Shown: piece by piece, positions 1 to 9,088 of the stretch
Layout of the letters: each line of letters begins with the position of its first letter
Position numbering within the stretch: position 1 is the first letter of the stretch
Source: Sinorhizobium meliloti
GTDB taxonomy: Bacteria; Pseudomonadota; Alphaproteobacteria; Rhizobiales; Rhizobiaceae
Reading direction: 5' to 3'
Length of the DNA stretch: 32,000 nt
Assembly (NCBI RefSeq): GCF_017876815.1
Contig: NZ_JAGIOS010000001.1
Coordinates: 3,210,001-3,242,000 of the forward strand
Made by a program: the position numbers and the translations under genes
The notes under the pieces: model-generated
What the model saw: the letters and a program-made list of their open reading frames with translations, nothing else
What the model was told of the DNA's origin: nothing
Databases searched by the model: none

Positions 1-357
1 CCGCAGCATCTTGGTGCCCTCCCGGCGCGTCTGCCGGTCGAGCTGACCGGCCAGAAGCGCGAAGGTCTCGGCGAAGACGGCGACCGGGCGGCGGCGGTTG
101 GCGTCCGACAGCGTCGAGCGCATCAGCCGGCCACTGCCGAGATGGTAATGATGCTGACTGTTGGCGTTGAAGCTCGCCTCCAACCCGCGCAGGCTGGTCG
201 TGGCGCTCAACTGGGCATAGATCAGTGCCACCAGATGATCCCAGCTGGTAAAGCACTTGTCGTAGGCATCCCCGGCATGACGATCCACAATCGCCTGAAA
301 GCTGCGGCGATCAATCGCTTTCAGCAGCTGGGCGAAAATGCTAGGGGTGAACCGCAT
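1..357 (-). CDS. IS4-family transposase, N-terminal part (DUF4372-like region); gene continues beyond the left edge of the window
   Basis: Absent from the ORF track because it has no stop inside the window. The reverse complement of 1-357 is an open frame starting at ATG (355-357): MRFTPSIFAQLLKAIDRRSFQAIVDRHAGDAYDKCFTSWDHLVALIYAQLSATTSLRGLEASFNANSQHHYHLGSGRLMRSTLSDANRRRPVAVFAETF... This matches the conserved N-terminal region of IS4-family DDE transposases as I remember it; no search was run. Confidence 0.7.
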   Translation of the reverse strand, partial: MRFTPSIFAQLLKAIDRRSFQAIVDRHAGDAYDKCFTSWDHLVALIYAQLSATTSLRGLEASFNANSQHHYHLGSGRLMRSTLSDANRRRPVAVFAETFALLAGQLDRQTRREGTKMLR

Positions 358-624
358 GCTCCGTCTCCTTTTCTGAGTCTCGACAACCAGAAAATAGACG
401 GAAAAACGCCGTCTGACGGGGCATGCGCCTGCGACATTTCGATTCACCCGGAACTTTCCCCGGACAGCCCTGCGTGCGCGGGGAGAGGGTTAGGGTGAGG
501 GGCAAACTGGTTGAGGCCAAGGCTCGCACGCCCGTTTTTTCTTGATCTTCCCGGCCGGACGGGGCAAGTGCTGCTTCAGAAAACAGAGCGCAACCTGCGC
601 TCTGCACAATCCGAGATTGCCGCC

Positions 625-1509
625 ATGGAACTCGCACAATCCTCCCCGGACGAGACAGACAGCGTCATTGTCGATGACGCCGCCTTCGAAGGTGCGGCCC
701 ATCCGCTTTTTTCGCGCATGCCGTCCTCCGTCTCCTTCAACAAGCTGCGCAAGCGCCTGCTCAGACAGGTGCGCCAGGCGCTCGACGATTTCGGCATGCT
801 CAAGGGCTCCAGGCGCTGGCTTGTCGGGGTGTCGGGTGGAAAGGACAGCTACAGCCTGCTGGCGCTGCTCATGGATCTGCAGTGGCGGGGTCTGCTTCCC
901 GTCGAACTCGTCGCCTGCAATCTGGATCAGGGGCAGCCGAACTTTCCGAAGCATGTCCTGCCCGACTATCTCCGGTCGATCGGCGTCAAGCACCGCATCG
1001 AATACCGCGACACCTATTCGATCGTGAAGGAGAAGGTGCCGGCGGGCGCGACCTATTGTTCGCTCTGTTCGCGGCTTCGGCGCGGCAATCTTTATCGCAT
1101 CGGCCGGGAGGAGGGCTGCGACGCATTGGTGCTTGGCCACCATCGGGAGGACATCCTCGAGACCTTCTTCATGAACTTTTTCCATGGCGGGCGCCTGGCG
1201 TCGATGCCGGCGAAGCTTCTCAACGATGAGGGCGATCTGACGGTCTTGCGGCCGCTTGCCTATGCTGCGGAAGACGATCTTGCGAAATTCGCCGCGGCCA
1301 TGGAGTTCCCGATCATTCCCTGCGACCTCTGTGGTTCGCAGGACGGGCTCGAGCGCAACGCGATGAAGGCGATGCTTGCGGATATCGAGCGGCGCATGCC
1401 GGGCCGCAAGGACACGATGCTGCGCGCGCTCGGACACGTGAACGCCTCGCATCTGCTCGACCCGAAGCTTTTCGACTTTCAATCCCTCTCTCCGGAGCCC
1501 AAAGAATGA
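625..1509 (+). CDS. ttcA: tRNA 2-thiocytidine(32) synthetase TtcA (PP-loop ATPase)
   Basis: ORF 511..1509. PP-loop motif SGGKDS is present ([13 protein letters not shown]), with [10 protein letters not shown] and CDLCGSQ cysteine motifs. The internal ATG at 625 ([10 protein letters not shown]...) gives a 294-aa product of typical TtcA length. The start at 511 lies in IS-flanking sequence. Confidence 0.9.
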   Translation: MELAQSSPDETDSVIVDDAAFEGAAHPLFSRMPSSVSFNKLRKRLLRQVRQALDDFGMLKGSRRWLVGVSGGKDSYSLLALLMDLQWRGLLPVELVACNLDQGQPNFPKHVLPDYLRSIGVKHRIEYRDTYSIVKEKVPAGATYCSLCSRLRRGNLYRIGREEGCDALVLGHHREDILETFFMNFFHGGRLASMPAKLLNDEGDLTVLRPLAYAAEDDLAKFAAAMEFPIIPCDLCGSQDGLERNAMKAMLADIERRMPGRKDTMLRALGHVNASHLLDPKLFDFQSLSPEPKE

Positions 1510-2330
1510 GCCATTCCGTCGACATCGCCGCACTTGCCAACCTGCTGCAGGAAGCGGCGGTAAAGGAAATCCTTCCGCGCTTTCGCAATCTCGGCTCCGG
1601 CGATGTGCGGATGAAGTCGGAAGCGATCGACCTGGTGACGGAAGGCGACGAGGCCGCCGAGAGGCTGATCAAGGCGAATATCGACGCGATTGCGCCGGGG
1701 GCCGTGTTCATCGGCGAGGAATCCGTCGCCGCCGATCCGGCGCTCCTCGACAAGCTCGCCGGTGCCGATCTGGCCATCGTCGTCGATCCGATCGACGGCA
1801 CCTTCAACTTCGCGGCCGGCCTGCCGCTCTTCGGTGTGATGGCGAGCGTCGTCGCCGGGGGAGAGACCGTCGCCGGGATCATCTACGATCCGCTCGGCAA
1901 CGACTGGGTCATCGCCGAGCGGGGCTCCGGCGCGTGGATGTGCCGGCCCGACGGCACGCAGGAGAGACTGTCGGTCACAGCCGGGGTCACCGTCGAAAAC
2001 ATGGTGGGCGTCGCATCGGCCGGGTTCTACGCGCAGGCCGAGCGCCGCATCGTCATGGGCAATATGGCGAAGGTCCGCATGGCCACGAGCTATCGCTGCG
2101 CGGCGCATGAATACCGCATCTTCGCCGGCGGTCATCTGCACTTCCTGATGTATCAGAAGCTTATGCCGTGGGACCACCTTGCCGGCACCCTGATCGCCGA
2201 GGAAGCCGGCGCCTATGCGGCCCGTTTCGACGGCTCACGTTATCTGCCCGCGCATACGAATGGCGGGCTGCTTCTGGCGACCGACAGGGATAGCTGGGAG
2301 GAGTTGCGGCGGGAGGTCTTCACCGTCTGA
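1506..2330 (+). CDS. inositol monophosphatase family protein
   Basis: 274 aa with IMPase signatures EES...VDPIDGT and WD (MPWDHLAG). The ATG at 1506 overlaps the ttcA TGA (ATGA, 1506-1509). Confidence 0.85.
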   Translation: MSHSVDIAALANLLQEAAVKEILPRFRNLGSGDVRMKSEAIDLVTEGDEAAERLIKANIDAIAPGAVFIGEESVAADPALLDKLAGADLAIVVDPIDGTFNFAAGLPLFGVMASVVAGGETVAGIIYDPLGNDWVIAERGSGAWMCRPDGTQERLSVTAGVTVENMVGVASAGFYAQAERRIVMGNMAKVRMATSYRCAAHEYRIFAGGHLHFLMYQKLMPWDHLAGTLIAEEAGAYAARFDGSRYLPAHTNGGLLLATDRDSWEELRREVFTV

Positions 2331-2351
2331 TCGGAAAAGACCACCCTTTAC

Positions 2352-2392
2352 ATGACAGAGGCCGCCCGGTCTTTCCGGGCGGCCTCTGTCAT
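2352..2392. terminator. perfect 18-bp stem / 5-nt loop hairpin between convergent genes (probable bidirectional terminator)
   Basis: ATGACAGAGGCCGCCCGG (2352-2369), loop TCTTT, then CCGGGCGGCCTCTGTCAT (2375-2392). All 18 pairs are Watson-Crick. It lies between the IMPase stop (2330) and the MFS stop (2446). No clear U-tract on either strand. Confidence 0.55.
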
Positions 2393-2402
2393 TAGACCCA
2401 AT

Positions 2403-2425
2403 GCAATCCGGACGGAAAACCGTTC
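2403..2425 (-). repeat. dispersed intergenic motif, copy 1 (minus sense GAACGGTTTTCCGTCCGGATTGC)
   Basis: Core matches 12171-12194 (plus sense GAAGCGGTTTTCCACCCGTATTGC) at 20 of 23 positions plus one indel. Flanks are also similar: an A-rich run upstream and ATGACA downstream. Confidence 0.5.
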
Positions 2426-2445
2426 ACATTTTTCCTGGAAGCGCT

Positions 2446-3759
2446 CTAAAGGTGTCCGCCGCCGTGTTCGTGCGTCGCATCGCTGTCGCCCGGATGGGTG
2501 AACAGCTTTCCATTCTCCGCCCAGAGCGTCGCCAGGATGGTCAGCAGGCCGAATAAGGCGTAGCCGCCGAAGAGCGGCTGCAGCGTGCCGTCGAAGAGCT
2601 GGCCGACGGCACCGCCGATCAGCGCACCGCCGGTGGTGGAGACGAAACCCGTGACGGCGGTTGCCGTACCCGCCAGATGTCCCATCGGCTCGAGGCTGAT
2701 GGCGGTGAAGTTGGTGGCGATAACGGCGAAGAACATCAGCAATAGCGAAAACAGGAGATAGCTGATGGCGAAGGCCGGAGTGCCTGCGAGCGACAGGACG
2801 TAACCGATCGCAGCAAAGAGGGTGAAGAGGATCATCGCGGCATGCGAGATGCGGCGCATGCCGAAACTGCGTACGAAATAGCCGTTGGCGAAGTTCGCGA
2901 CCGCTATCCCGCCGGCAGTGCCCGCAAAGGCGATCGGCATCCAGTCGCTGAGGTTGTAGACCTCGCCGAAGACCTGCTGAACGCTGACCACATAGGCGCA
3001 AATGACGGCGGTAAACAGGGTCATTCCGATCATGTAGCCGCAGGTGATGCGGTTCGTGAGCACCGTGCGGAATCCGGAAAGGACCGCGCCCACCGATAGC
3101 GGCAGACGTTCCTCCTTCGGCAGGGACTCCTTCATCCGTGTCAGCGCCCAGACAAACAGGGCGGCGCCGACGACGCCGATCAGGATGAAGATCCAGTGCC
3201 AGTCGGCATAGGCGATCACCACCTGGCCAAGTGTCGGCGCGACGATCGGCACGATCATGAAGACGATCATGACGTAGGACATGACGCGCGCCATGTCGCG
3301 GCCGCCGAAACAGTCGCGGACGATCGCCATGGTCGTGATGCGCACTGCGGCACCGCCGATCCCCTGGATGAAGCGGAGCAGGAGCAGCGTCTCGATGCTT
3401 TCGACCCAGGAGGCGGCGAACATCGACAGGCTGAAGAGCGCAAGGCCGCCAAGGAGAACGGACCGGCGCCCGAAGGCATCCGAGAGACTCCCGAAGAATA
3501 TCTGGGAGAGGCCGAAGCCCAGGAAGAAGACGCCGATCACGAGTTGCGTATCGTTGGCGTTGGCAACGTCGAGCGTCTGGCCGATGCTTGGCAGAGCCGG
3601 CAGCATGCTGTCGATCGCGAGCGCAATGCTCGCGGTCATGACCGCAATGGTGACGATGAATTCGACAAGGCCCATTCCGAGGCGCGCGGCGCCCGAGGCC
3701 TGATCGGCGTGGCCCGATGATTGTTCACCGAGCGAAGACTGTTGGGAAACGGAAGTCAT
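2446..3759 (-). CDS. MFS transporter, Bcr/CflA drug-resistance subfamily
   Basis: ORF 2446..3774, whose first codon at 3774 is TTG; the ATG at 3757-3759 gives MTSVSQQ... The product is a 12-TM-type hydrophobic protein with the LSDAFGRR motif (MFS loop 2-3) and the Bcr-like N-terminus AIDSMLPALPSIG. The start is uncertain; 3774 and the later MGLVEF are alternatives. Confidence 0.85.
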   Translation of the reverse strand: MTSVSQQSSLGEQSSGHADQASGAARLGMGLVEFIVTIAVMTASIALAIDSMLPALPSIGQTLDVANANDTQLVIGVFFLGFGLSQIFFGSLSDAFGRRSVLLGGLALFSLSMFAASWVESIETLLLLRFIQGIGGAAVRITTMAIVRDCFGGRDMARVMSYVMIVFMIVPIVAPTLGQVVIAYADWHWIFILIGVVGAALFVWALTRMKESLPKEERLPLSVGAVLSGFRTVLTNRITCGYMIGMTLFTAVICAYVVSVQQVFGEVYNLSDWMPIAFAGTAGGIAVANFANGYFVRSFGMRRISHAAMILFTLFAAIGYVLSLAGTPAFAISYLLFSLLLMFFAVIATNFTAISLEPMGHLAGTATAVTGFVSTTGGALIGGAVGQLFDGTLQPLFGGYALFGLLTILATLWAENGKLFTHPGDSDATHEHGGGHL

Positions 3760-3816
3760 GTTGAAAATATCCAAAATGGACTGGGAGGAAAAATCGGTGT
3801 CCTGGAGCCAATCCGG

Positions 3817-5064
3817 CTAGCCGGCCGGATTGTGCGGTTTGAAGAGCTTGCCGCCCTCTGCGATCAGCACGCAGACAAGCGCGACGACGGCGACCGTGAA
3901 GAAGCCGACCGCAAGGGGCGTGACGCTGTTATTGAAGGCCTGGCCGATGAAGGCGCCGATGATTCCGCCGCCGATCGTCTGCGTGAAGCCGAGAACGGAA
4001 GAGGCGGTGCCGGCCACGTGGCCGAGCGGCTCCATCGCCATGGCGTTGAAGTTGGCGGCGATCAGCCCGAACTGGAACATGGTGGCGGCATGTAGGAGCA
4101 TGAAAAGCGGCAAAGGCAGCGGCCCGATCAATGAAGCCGACATCCAGATGAAACTCGCCAGCGTGAAGCCGAGAAGTGCTGCATGCGACAATGCCCGCAT
4201 CCCGAACGTCCGGACGAGTCGCGAATTGGTGAAGGAGGCGACCGCCATCATGCCGGCGAAAGCGGCGAAGACGGCCGGAAACCAGACGCCAAGACCATAG
4301 ACGCCGACGAGAATCTGCTGCGCCGAGTTGATGAAACCGAAGAGAGCGCCGAGGAGGGCCGACGTCGCGAGCGTATAGAACAGCGCCAGCCGGTTCGTCA
4401 GCACGATGCGGAAGCCCGCAAGTATGGACGAGGCCGTGAAGGGGCGCCGGTTGGCGGGAGCCAAAGTCTCCCGAAGGCGCAAGGCGACCGGAAGCGCTAC
4501 AGCAACCGCGAACAGAGCGATCACGACGAAGATCATGTGCCACTCGGAAAAGAGCATGATCAATTGTCCGATGCTCGGTGCGATGACCGGGACGATCATG
4601 AACACCATCATCACCAGCGACATGATCTCGGCCATCTGCCGCCCGCCATAGACATCGCGCACGATGGAAACGGTGATGACACGGGTTGCAGCCGCGCCTA
4701 TGCCCTGCACAAGCCGAAGGAACAGGAGTGCCCCGAAGGTCGGTACGAACACGATCGCAAGAGCGCTGACGCCGTAAAGTGCCAGCCCGCCCAACAACGG
4801 TGCCCTTCGCCCGAAGCGATCGGACAGCGGGCCGAAGAAGAGCTGCGCGAACCCCATGCCGAGCAGGTAGGCGGTTATGACGTATTGCCGATGGTTCTCA
4901 TCCGCCACGCCGAGGCTCGCGCCGATTTCCTGCAGCCCCGGCAGCATGATGTCGATCGAGATCGCGTTGATGGACATCAGCATGGCCATCAATGCAATGA
5001 ACTGGACTTTCGTCAGTCCGGAGATGGTGGCGGCTTGGTCTATGGGCCTTGTCATTTCATACAT
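3817..5064 (-). CDS. MFS transporter, Bcr/CflA subfamily (tandem paralogue of 2446..3759)
   Basis: ORF 3817..5352. The N-terminal 96 codons are non-membrane, Arg-rich readthrough. ATG at 5062-5064 (MYEMTRPID...) or at 5053-5055 (AGGA lies 8 nt upstream). Contains SIDIMLPGLQEIG and LSDRFGRR, and aligns along its length with the neighbouring MFS gene. Confidence 0.85.
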   Translation of the reverse strand: MYEMTRPIDQAATISGLTKVQFIALMAMLMSINAISIDIMLPGLQEIGASLGVADENHRQYVITAYLLGMGFAQLFFGPLSDRFGRRAPLLGGLALYGVSALAIVFVPTFGALLFLRLVQGIGAAATRVITVSIVRDVYGGRQMAEIMSLVMMVFMIVPVIAPSIGQLIMLFSEWHMIFVVIALFAVAVALPVALRLRETLAPANRRPFTASSILAGFRIVLTNRLALFYTLATSALLGALFGFINSAQQILVGVYGLGVWFPAVFAAFAGMMAVASFTNSRLVRTFGMRALSHAALLGFTLASFIWMSASLIGPLPLPLFMLLHAATMFQFGLIAANFNAMAMEPLGHVAGTASSVLGFTQTIGGGIIGAFIGQAFNNSVTPLAVGFFTVAVVALVCVLIAEGGKLFKPHNPAG

Positions 5065-5068
5065 CCTG

Positions 5069-5093
5069 CCGGCTGCAGCTTTCCTGCAGCCGG
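5069..5093 (-). promoter_or_regulatory. 10-bp perfect hairpin in the 5' leader abutting the MFS start/RBS
   Basis: CCGGCTGCAG (5069-5078), loop CTTTC, CTGCAGCCGG (5084-5093). In mRNA sense the 3' arm ends 4 nt before the ATG at 5064 and touches the AGGA used by the ATG at 5055. Confidence 0.3.
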
Positions 5094-5350
5094 TTCTTCG
5101 CCACGCCGAGCCAGTGCGTGGCACGTTTCGCAATGATTTGGATCTGCTGAATAAACTCAGTCTTTTGTTGTGTCGGATCGAAAAGGACGCAGTACTTGCC
5201 GGTGGAAATCGGAGCAGGCCGCACCCCGGACAGGGCTGCATGCGAGACCGCGCGCCCGCTCGTCCATGGCGATTCATGATTGGCGTGAATTTCGCCGCCC
5301 GCTCATGAAGCGTATTGAAAATTAGATGCGCGGCATATTGCTTCGGAATC

Positions 5351-5374
5351 AAAAAAGGCGGTTACCCGCCTTTT
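5351..5374 (-). terminator. rho-independent terminator downstream of grxD
   Basis: Minus-strand sense is AAAAGGCGG-GTAA-CCGCCTTTTTT: a 9-bp stem followed by a T6 run, about 30 nt after the grxD stop (5406). Confidence 0.7.
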
Positions 5375-5405
5375 CCGATCATCGCGAAGATGCGGTTCGG
5401 AAGTG

Positions 5406-5741
5406 TCAGGCGGCGCCCTTGACGGAGATACCCTGTCCCTGAAGAAGCGACTGCAACTCGCCAGCCTGGAACATTTCCCGCACGATGTCGCAACCGCCGA
5501 CGAATTCGCCCTTTACATAAAGCTGCGGAATGGTCGGCCAGTTGGAATAATCCTTGATGCCCTGGCGCAGATCGGCATCGGCGAGCACGTTGATGCCCTT
5601 ATAGTCGACGCCGACGTAATCCAGGATCTGCACCACCTGGCCGGAGAAACCACACTGCGGAAACTGCGGCGTTCCCTTCATGAAAAGAACGACGTCGTTG
5701 CTCTTGACCTCGTTATCGATGAAATCGTTGATTCCGCTCAT
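5406..5741 (-). CDS. grxD: monothiol (CGFS) glutaredoxin, Grx4/GrxD type
   Basis: 111 aa with [15 protein letters not shown] active-site motif, WPTIPQLYV and GGCDI. ATG at 5739-5741 is preceded by AGGAAGGAAG. Confidence 0.95.
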   Translation of the reverse strand: MSGINDFIDNEVKSNDVVLFMKGTPQFPQCGFSGQVVQILDYVGVDYKGINVLADADLRQGIKDYSNWPTIPQLYVKGEFVGGCDIVREMFQAGELQSLLQGQGISVKGAA

Positions 5742-5905
5742 CTCGTCTTCCTTCCTGCGCCGGTTTCAAGGACCGGATATCGATTAGGGTCTAGATAGCA
5801 CGCATGGACGTGGTTTTCACCACCCAATCGCAAAATTATTGATGGTCCCTCAAAGTTCGGCTTCCGCACCACTCTCGGGGCGGGATGAGGCTTAGAACAC
5901 GTGAT

Positions 5906-6148
5906 CTAGGCCGAGCGGCGGCGCAGTTTGCTCCGGGAAGCCGCGGTCCGGCGACGGCTCACCTGCTTCTTTGCCGGTTTACGGAAGGCCGCCTCGACGA
6001 TGTCAGCCAGTATGCCGCCTGACTTGGCTTTCCTGCTTCGCCGTTTCGCCCGCTTGGCCGCGGTTCCGGTCGCTCTGGTTTTCTTGAGGATCTCTTTCAA
6101 CGCGCTGTCAACGACCCCGCTTACGAGCTCCTTGATCAGGTCGGCCAT
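5906..6148 (-). CDS. small, extremely basic Lys/Arg-rich protein of unknown function
   Basis: ORF 5906..6190. The ATG at 6146-6148 (MADLIKELVSGVVDSALKEILKKTRATG...RRRTAASRSKLRRRSA, 80 aa) starts 7 nt after the bolA stop. Third-position GC looks coding-like. No family recognised. Confidence 0.5.
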   Translation of the reverse strand: MADLIKELVSGVVDSALKEILKKTRATGTAAKRAKRRSRKAKSGGILADIVEAAFRKPAKKQVSRRRTAASRSKLRRRSA

Positions 6149-6155
6149 TTCCGTC

Positions 6156-6389
6156 TTACTCCGGCGCGCTGGTTTGAAGGGCAAGTGCATGGAGTATGCC
6201 GCCCATGTTGCCCTTCAAGGCATTGTAGACCATCTGGTGCTGCTGCACGCGCGTCTTGCCACGAAACGCTTCGGCCACGACTTCGGCGGCATAGTGGTCG
6301 CCGTCGCCGGCCAGATCACGAATCGTGACCCTTGCGCCGGGAATCCCGGCCTTGATCATGTCTTCGATATCGCCTGGTGCCATGGGCAT
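6156..6389 (-). CDS. bolA: BolA family protein
   Basis: 77 aa: MPMAPGDIEDMIKAGIPGARVTIRDLAGDGDHYAAEVVAEAFRGKTRVQQHQMVYNAL...HALALQT, a typical BolA-like fold signature. AAGGGAG lies upstream of the ATG at 6389. Confidence 0.9.
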   Translation of the reverse strand: MPMAPGDIEDMIKAGIPGARVTIRDLAGDGDHYAAEVVAEAFRGKTRVQQHQMVYNALKGNMGGILHALALQTSAPE

Positions 6390-6514
6390 GATACGCCAAC
6401 TCCCTTGTTATTCTTGCGGCGCGGCCGCATTGCCGCCGCCCGCTATGAGCTCAAGGGAAACACGATTCAGGGGCCGAAGGCAAATGCTGTTTCGGCCACC
6501 TGCCGGCCGGCGGG

Positions 6515-8746
6515 TCAATTGTCCGGTGCGAGATCGCCGCCCATGTAATTGGGGAACCACGCTTCATGTGCGGAACGCAATTCATCGACGGATACGGGCC
6601 TGGCGTCTCCGAGCTGCACCGCATTCCCGCCTGTCCTGCCGATCACCGGCAGCGCAACGCCGGCGGCTTTTGCACGTGCGGCCACCGTCTCGGCCGAACC
6701 CTCGGCCACGGTTACGACATAGCGGCCCTGGTCTTCGCCGTAGAAGACCGGGATCGGGTCGTGTTCCGCAGGTGCATCGATCGTCGCGCCGATGCCGGAA
6801 GCGATGGCCATCTCGGCGACGGCGAGCGCAAGTCCGCCCGAGGAACAATCGTGCACGGCCGTAACCAGGCCGTCCTCGATCAAGCCGCGAACGAAATCGC
6901 CGACCTTGCGTTCATGGCCGAGGTCGACATGCGGCGCCGGACCGTCGGTGCGGCCGTGTATATCGCGCATGTAGACCGACTGGCCGATATGCGTTCCCCA
7001 GCTCTCCGGAGCGCCGGCGAGCAGGATGGTTTCGTTCGCCGCCGCAAAGCGAATCCGCGCCATCTTCGACCAGTCGCGGACGAGGCCGACGCCTCCGATG
7101 GTGGGGGTCGGCAGGATCGCCTGGCCGTTGGTCTCGTTGTAGAGCGAGACGTTGCCGGAGACGATCGGGAAGTCGAGTGCCTGGCAGGCTTCGCCGATGC
7201 CTTTGATCGCATGGACGAGCTGGCTCATGATCTCCGGCCGTTCGGGATTACCGAAGTTCAAATTATCGGTCGCGGCGAGCGGCAGCGCGCCGGTCGCAGT
7301 CAGGTTTCGCCAGCACTCGGCGACCGCCTGCTTGCCGCCCTCGAACGGATCGGCTTCGACATAGCGCGGCGTAACGTCCGAAGAAAAGGCAAGTGCCTTC
7401 GTCTCATGGCCCTCGACGCGGATCACGCCGGCGTCGCCGCCCGGCAGCTGCAGCGAATTGCCCTGGATCAGCGTGTCATATTGCTCATAGACCCAGCGGC
7501 GCGAGGAATTGTTGGCGGAGCCGACGAGCTTCAGAAGCGCATCGGAAACATCAGCCTGCGGGACGTCGTTGGTGGCGAGCGGCGAGGGTGCCCTTGCCGG
7601 CGTCCAGGGGCGGTCGTATTCCGGCGCCTCGTCGCCGAGCTCCTTGATCGGCAGGTTCGCCACTTCTTCGCCCTGGTGCAGGATGCGGAAACGCAGATCG
7701 TCGGTGGTCTTGCCCACGATCGCGAAATCGAGGCCCCATTTGACGAAGATCGCCTTGGCTTCCTCTTCCTTTTCCGGGCGCAGCACCATCAGCATGCGCT
7801 CCTGGCTTTCGGAAAGCATCATCTCGTAAGCCGTCATGCGCTCTTCGCGCACCGGCACCTTGTCGAGATCGAGTTCGATGCCGAGATCGCCCTTGGCGCC
7901 CATTTCGACGGCCGAGCAGGTGAGGCCGGCAGCGCCCATGTCCTGGATCGCAATGACCGCGCCGGTCTGCATCAGCTCCAGGCAGGCTTCGAGCAGGCAT
8001 TTCTCGGTGAAGGGGTCGCCAACCTGAACGGTCGGGCGCTTCTCCTCGATCGACTCGTCGAACTCGGCCGATGCCATCGTCGCACCGCCGACACCGTCGC
8101 GTCCGGTCTTGGCGCCGAGATACACGACCGGGAGGCCGACGCCTTCCGCCTTCGAGTAGAAGATCGCGTCGGTCTTGGCGAGCCCCGCCGCGAAGGCATT
8201 GACGAGGATGTTGCCATTGTAGCGCGCGTCGAACTCGACTTCGCCGCCGACCGTCGGCACGCCGAAGGAATTGCCGTAGCCGCCGACGCCTGCAACGACG
8301 CCCGAGACGAGGTGGCGGGTCTTCGGGTGATCCGGCGAACCGAACCGCAGCGCGTTCATCGCCGCTACCGGACGCGCACCCATCGTGAAGACATCACGCA
8401 GGATGCCGCCGACGCCCGTTGCCGCTCCCTGGTAGGGTTCGATGTAGGAGGGATGGTTGTGGCTCTCCATCTTGAAGACGACGCAGTCACCGTCGTCGAT
8501 GTCGACAACGCCGGCGTTCTCGCCAGGGCCCTGGATGACGCGCGGCCCCTTGGTCGGAAGCGTGCGCAGCCATTTCTTCGAGGATTTGTAGGAGCAATGC
8601 TCGTTCCACATCGCCGAGAAGATGCCAAGCTCCGTAAAGGTCGGCTCGCGCCCGATCAGGTTCAGGATGCGTTCGTATTCGTCGGGCTTGAGCCCGTGCG
8701 AGGCGATCAGGTCCGGGGTGATTGGGCGGGTGTTGGAAATCGTCAT
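6515..8746 (-). CDS. purL: phosphoribosylformylglycinamidine synthase subunit PurL
   Basis: 743 aa. N-terminus ...[41 protein letters not shown] is diagnostic of small-type PurL. ATG at 8744-8746. Confidence 0.97.
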   Translation of the reverse strand: MTISNTRPITPDLIASHGLKPDEYERILNLIGREPTFTELGIFSAMWNEHCSYKSSKKWLRTLPTKGPRVIQGPGENAGVVDIDDGDCVVFKMESHNHPSYIEPYQGAATGVGGILRDVFTMGARPVAAMNALRFGSPDHPKTRHLVSGVVAGVGGYGNSFGVPTVGGEVEFDARYNGNILVNAFAAGLAKTDAIFYSKAEGVGLPVVYLGAKTGRDGVGGATMASAEFDESIEEKRPTVQVGDPFTEKCLLEACLELMQTGAVIAIQDMGAAGLTCSAVEMGAKGDLGIELDLDKVPVREERMTAYEMMLSESQERMLMVLRPEKEEEAKAIFVKWGLDFAIVGKTTDDLRFRILHQGEEVANLPIKELGDEAPEYDRPWTPARAPSPLATNDVPQADVSDALLKLVGSANNSSRRWVYEQYDTLIQGNSLQLPGGDAGVIRVEGHETKALAFSSDVTPRYVEADPFEGGKQAVAECWRNLTATGALPLAATDNLNFGNPERPEIMSQLVHAIKGIGEACQALDFPIVSGNVSLYNETNGQAILPTPTIGGVGLVRDWSKMARIRFAAANETILLAGAPESWGTHIGQSVYMRDIHGRTDGPAPHVDLGHERKVGDFVRGLIEDGLVTAVHDCSSGGLALAVAEMAIASGIGATIDAPAEHDPIPVFYGEDQGRYVVTVAEGSAETVAARAKAAGVALPVIGRTGGNAVQLGDARPVSVDELRSAHEAWFPNYMGGDLAPDN

Positions 8747-8927
8747 CGTCGACCGTCAAATCCTTCGGGCGGCGCGCAGCCCTCGCTTCAAGGGAAGGCG
8801 CGTGCGTACCGCAACGTAACAGGGGCGCTTTTCGGCTTCTTTAGCCTATGCTGCGGCGCGGCGCGACAGAAAAATACGGCCGATCAACAGGGCGGCAGCC
8901 CGGATTTCAGCCAGGCGGGCCGGGGCT

Positions 8928-9080
8928 CTAGATCACGATGTTTTTTAGGTCGGGTCGACCTGAGTTTATGACGGCTGCTGCGAGATGGATGATGGCGTTG
9001 GTGCTCTGGTGGGTTTGTCGGCGCGTAGGGCGGTGCGGACAAGGTTGCCGAGCGCGTCGGTCAGCGTGGGGAGGACTGCA
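8928..9080 (-). pseudogene. decayed IS5-family transposase relic (frameshifted, internally deleted)
   Basis: Two minus-strand frames read ...TLTDALGNLVRTALRADKP... and ...NAIIHLAAAVI...*. They resemble the conserved (H)AL(V)DALGNP(V)R...LT(A)GQ block and the ...NFLA.IHLAAAVIWL C-terminus of IS5-family transposases. Here the two blocks are only about 10 codons apart and in different frames. Recognised from memory. Confidence 0.4.
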
Positions 9081-9088
9081 ATCTCTCC

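Noticed and set aside
341-637. 98-aa minus-strand ORF (…[14 protein letters not shown]…)
   Set aside because: It is a translation of the G-rich repeat and IS-flank DNA, and it overlaps the ttcA start region. Such peptides are characteristic of translated intergenic repeats.
5403-5798. 131-aa plus-strand ORF
   Set aside because: Antisense to grxD, whose CGFS glutaredoxin identity is unambiguous.
8747-8930. Possible ZTP (pfl) or other purine-related riboswitch in the purL leader
   Set aside because: Only a CCGCCTGGC-like fragment is present (minus sense near 8905-8915). The conserved 5' subdomain (UGACUGGCG / ACCGGGG-type elements) is absent. No comparable element was found upstream of purC or purQ either.
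6566-8971. 801-aa plus-strand ORF
   Set aside because: It is entirely antisense to purL. The product is Arg/Asp/Gly/Ala-rich low-complexity sequence with no recognisable motifs, a typical shadow ORF of a high-GC gene.
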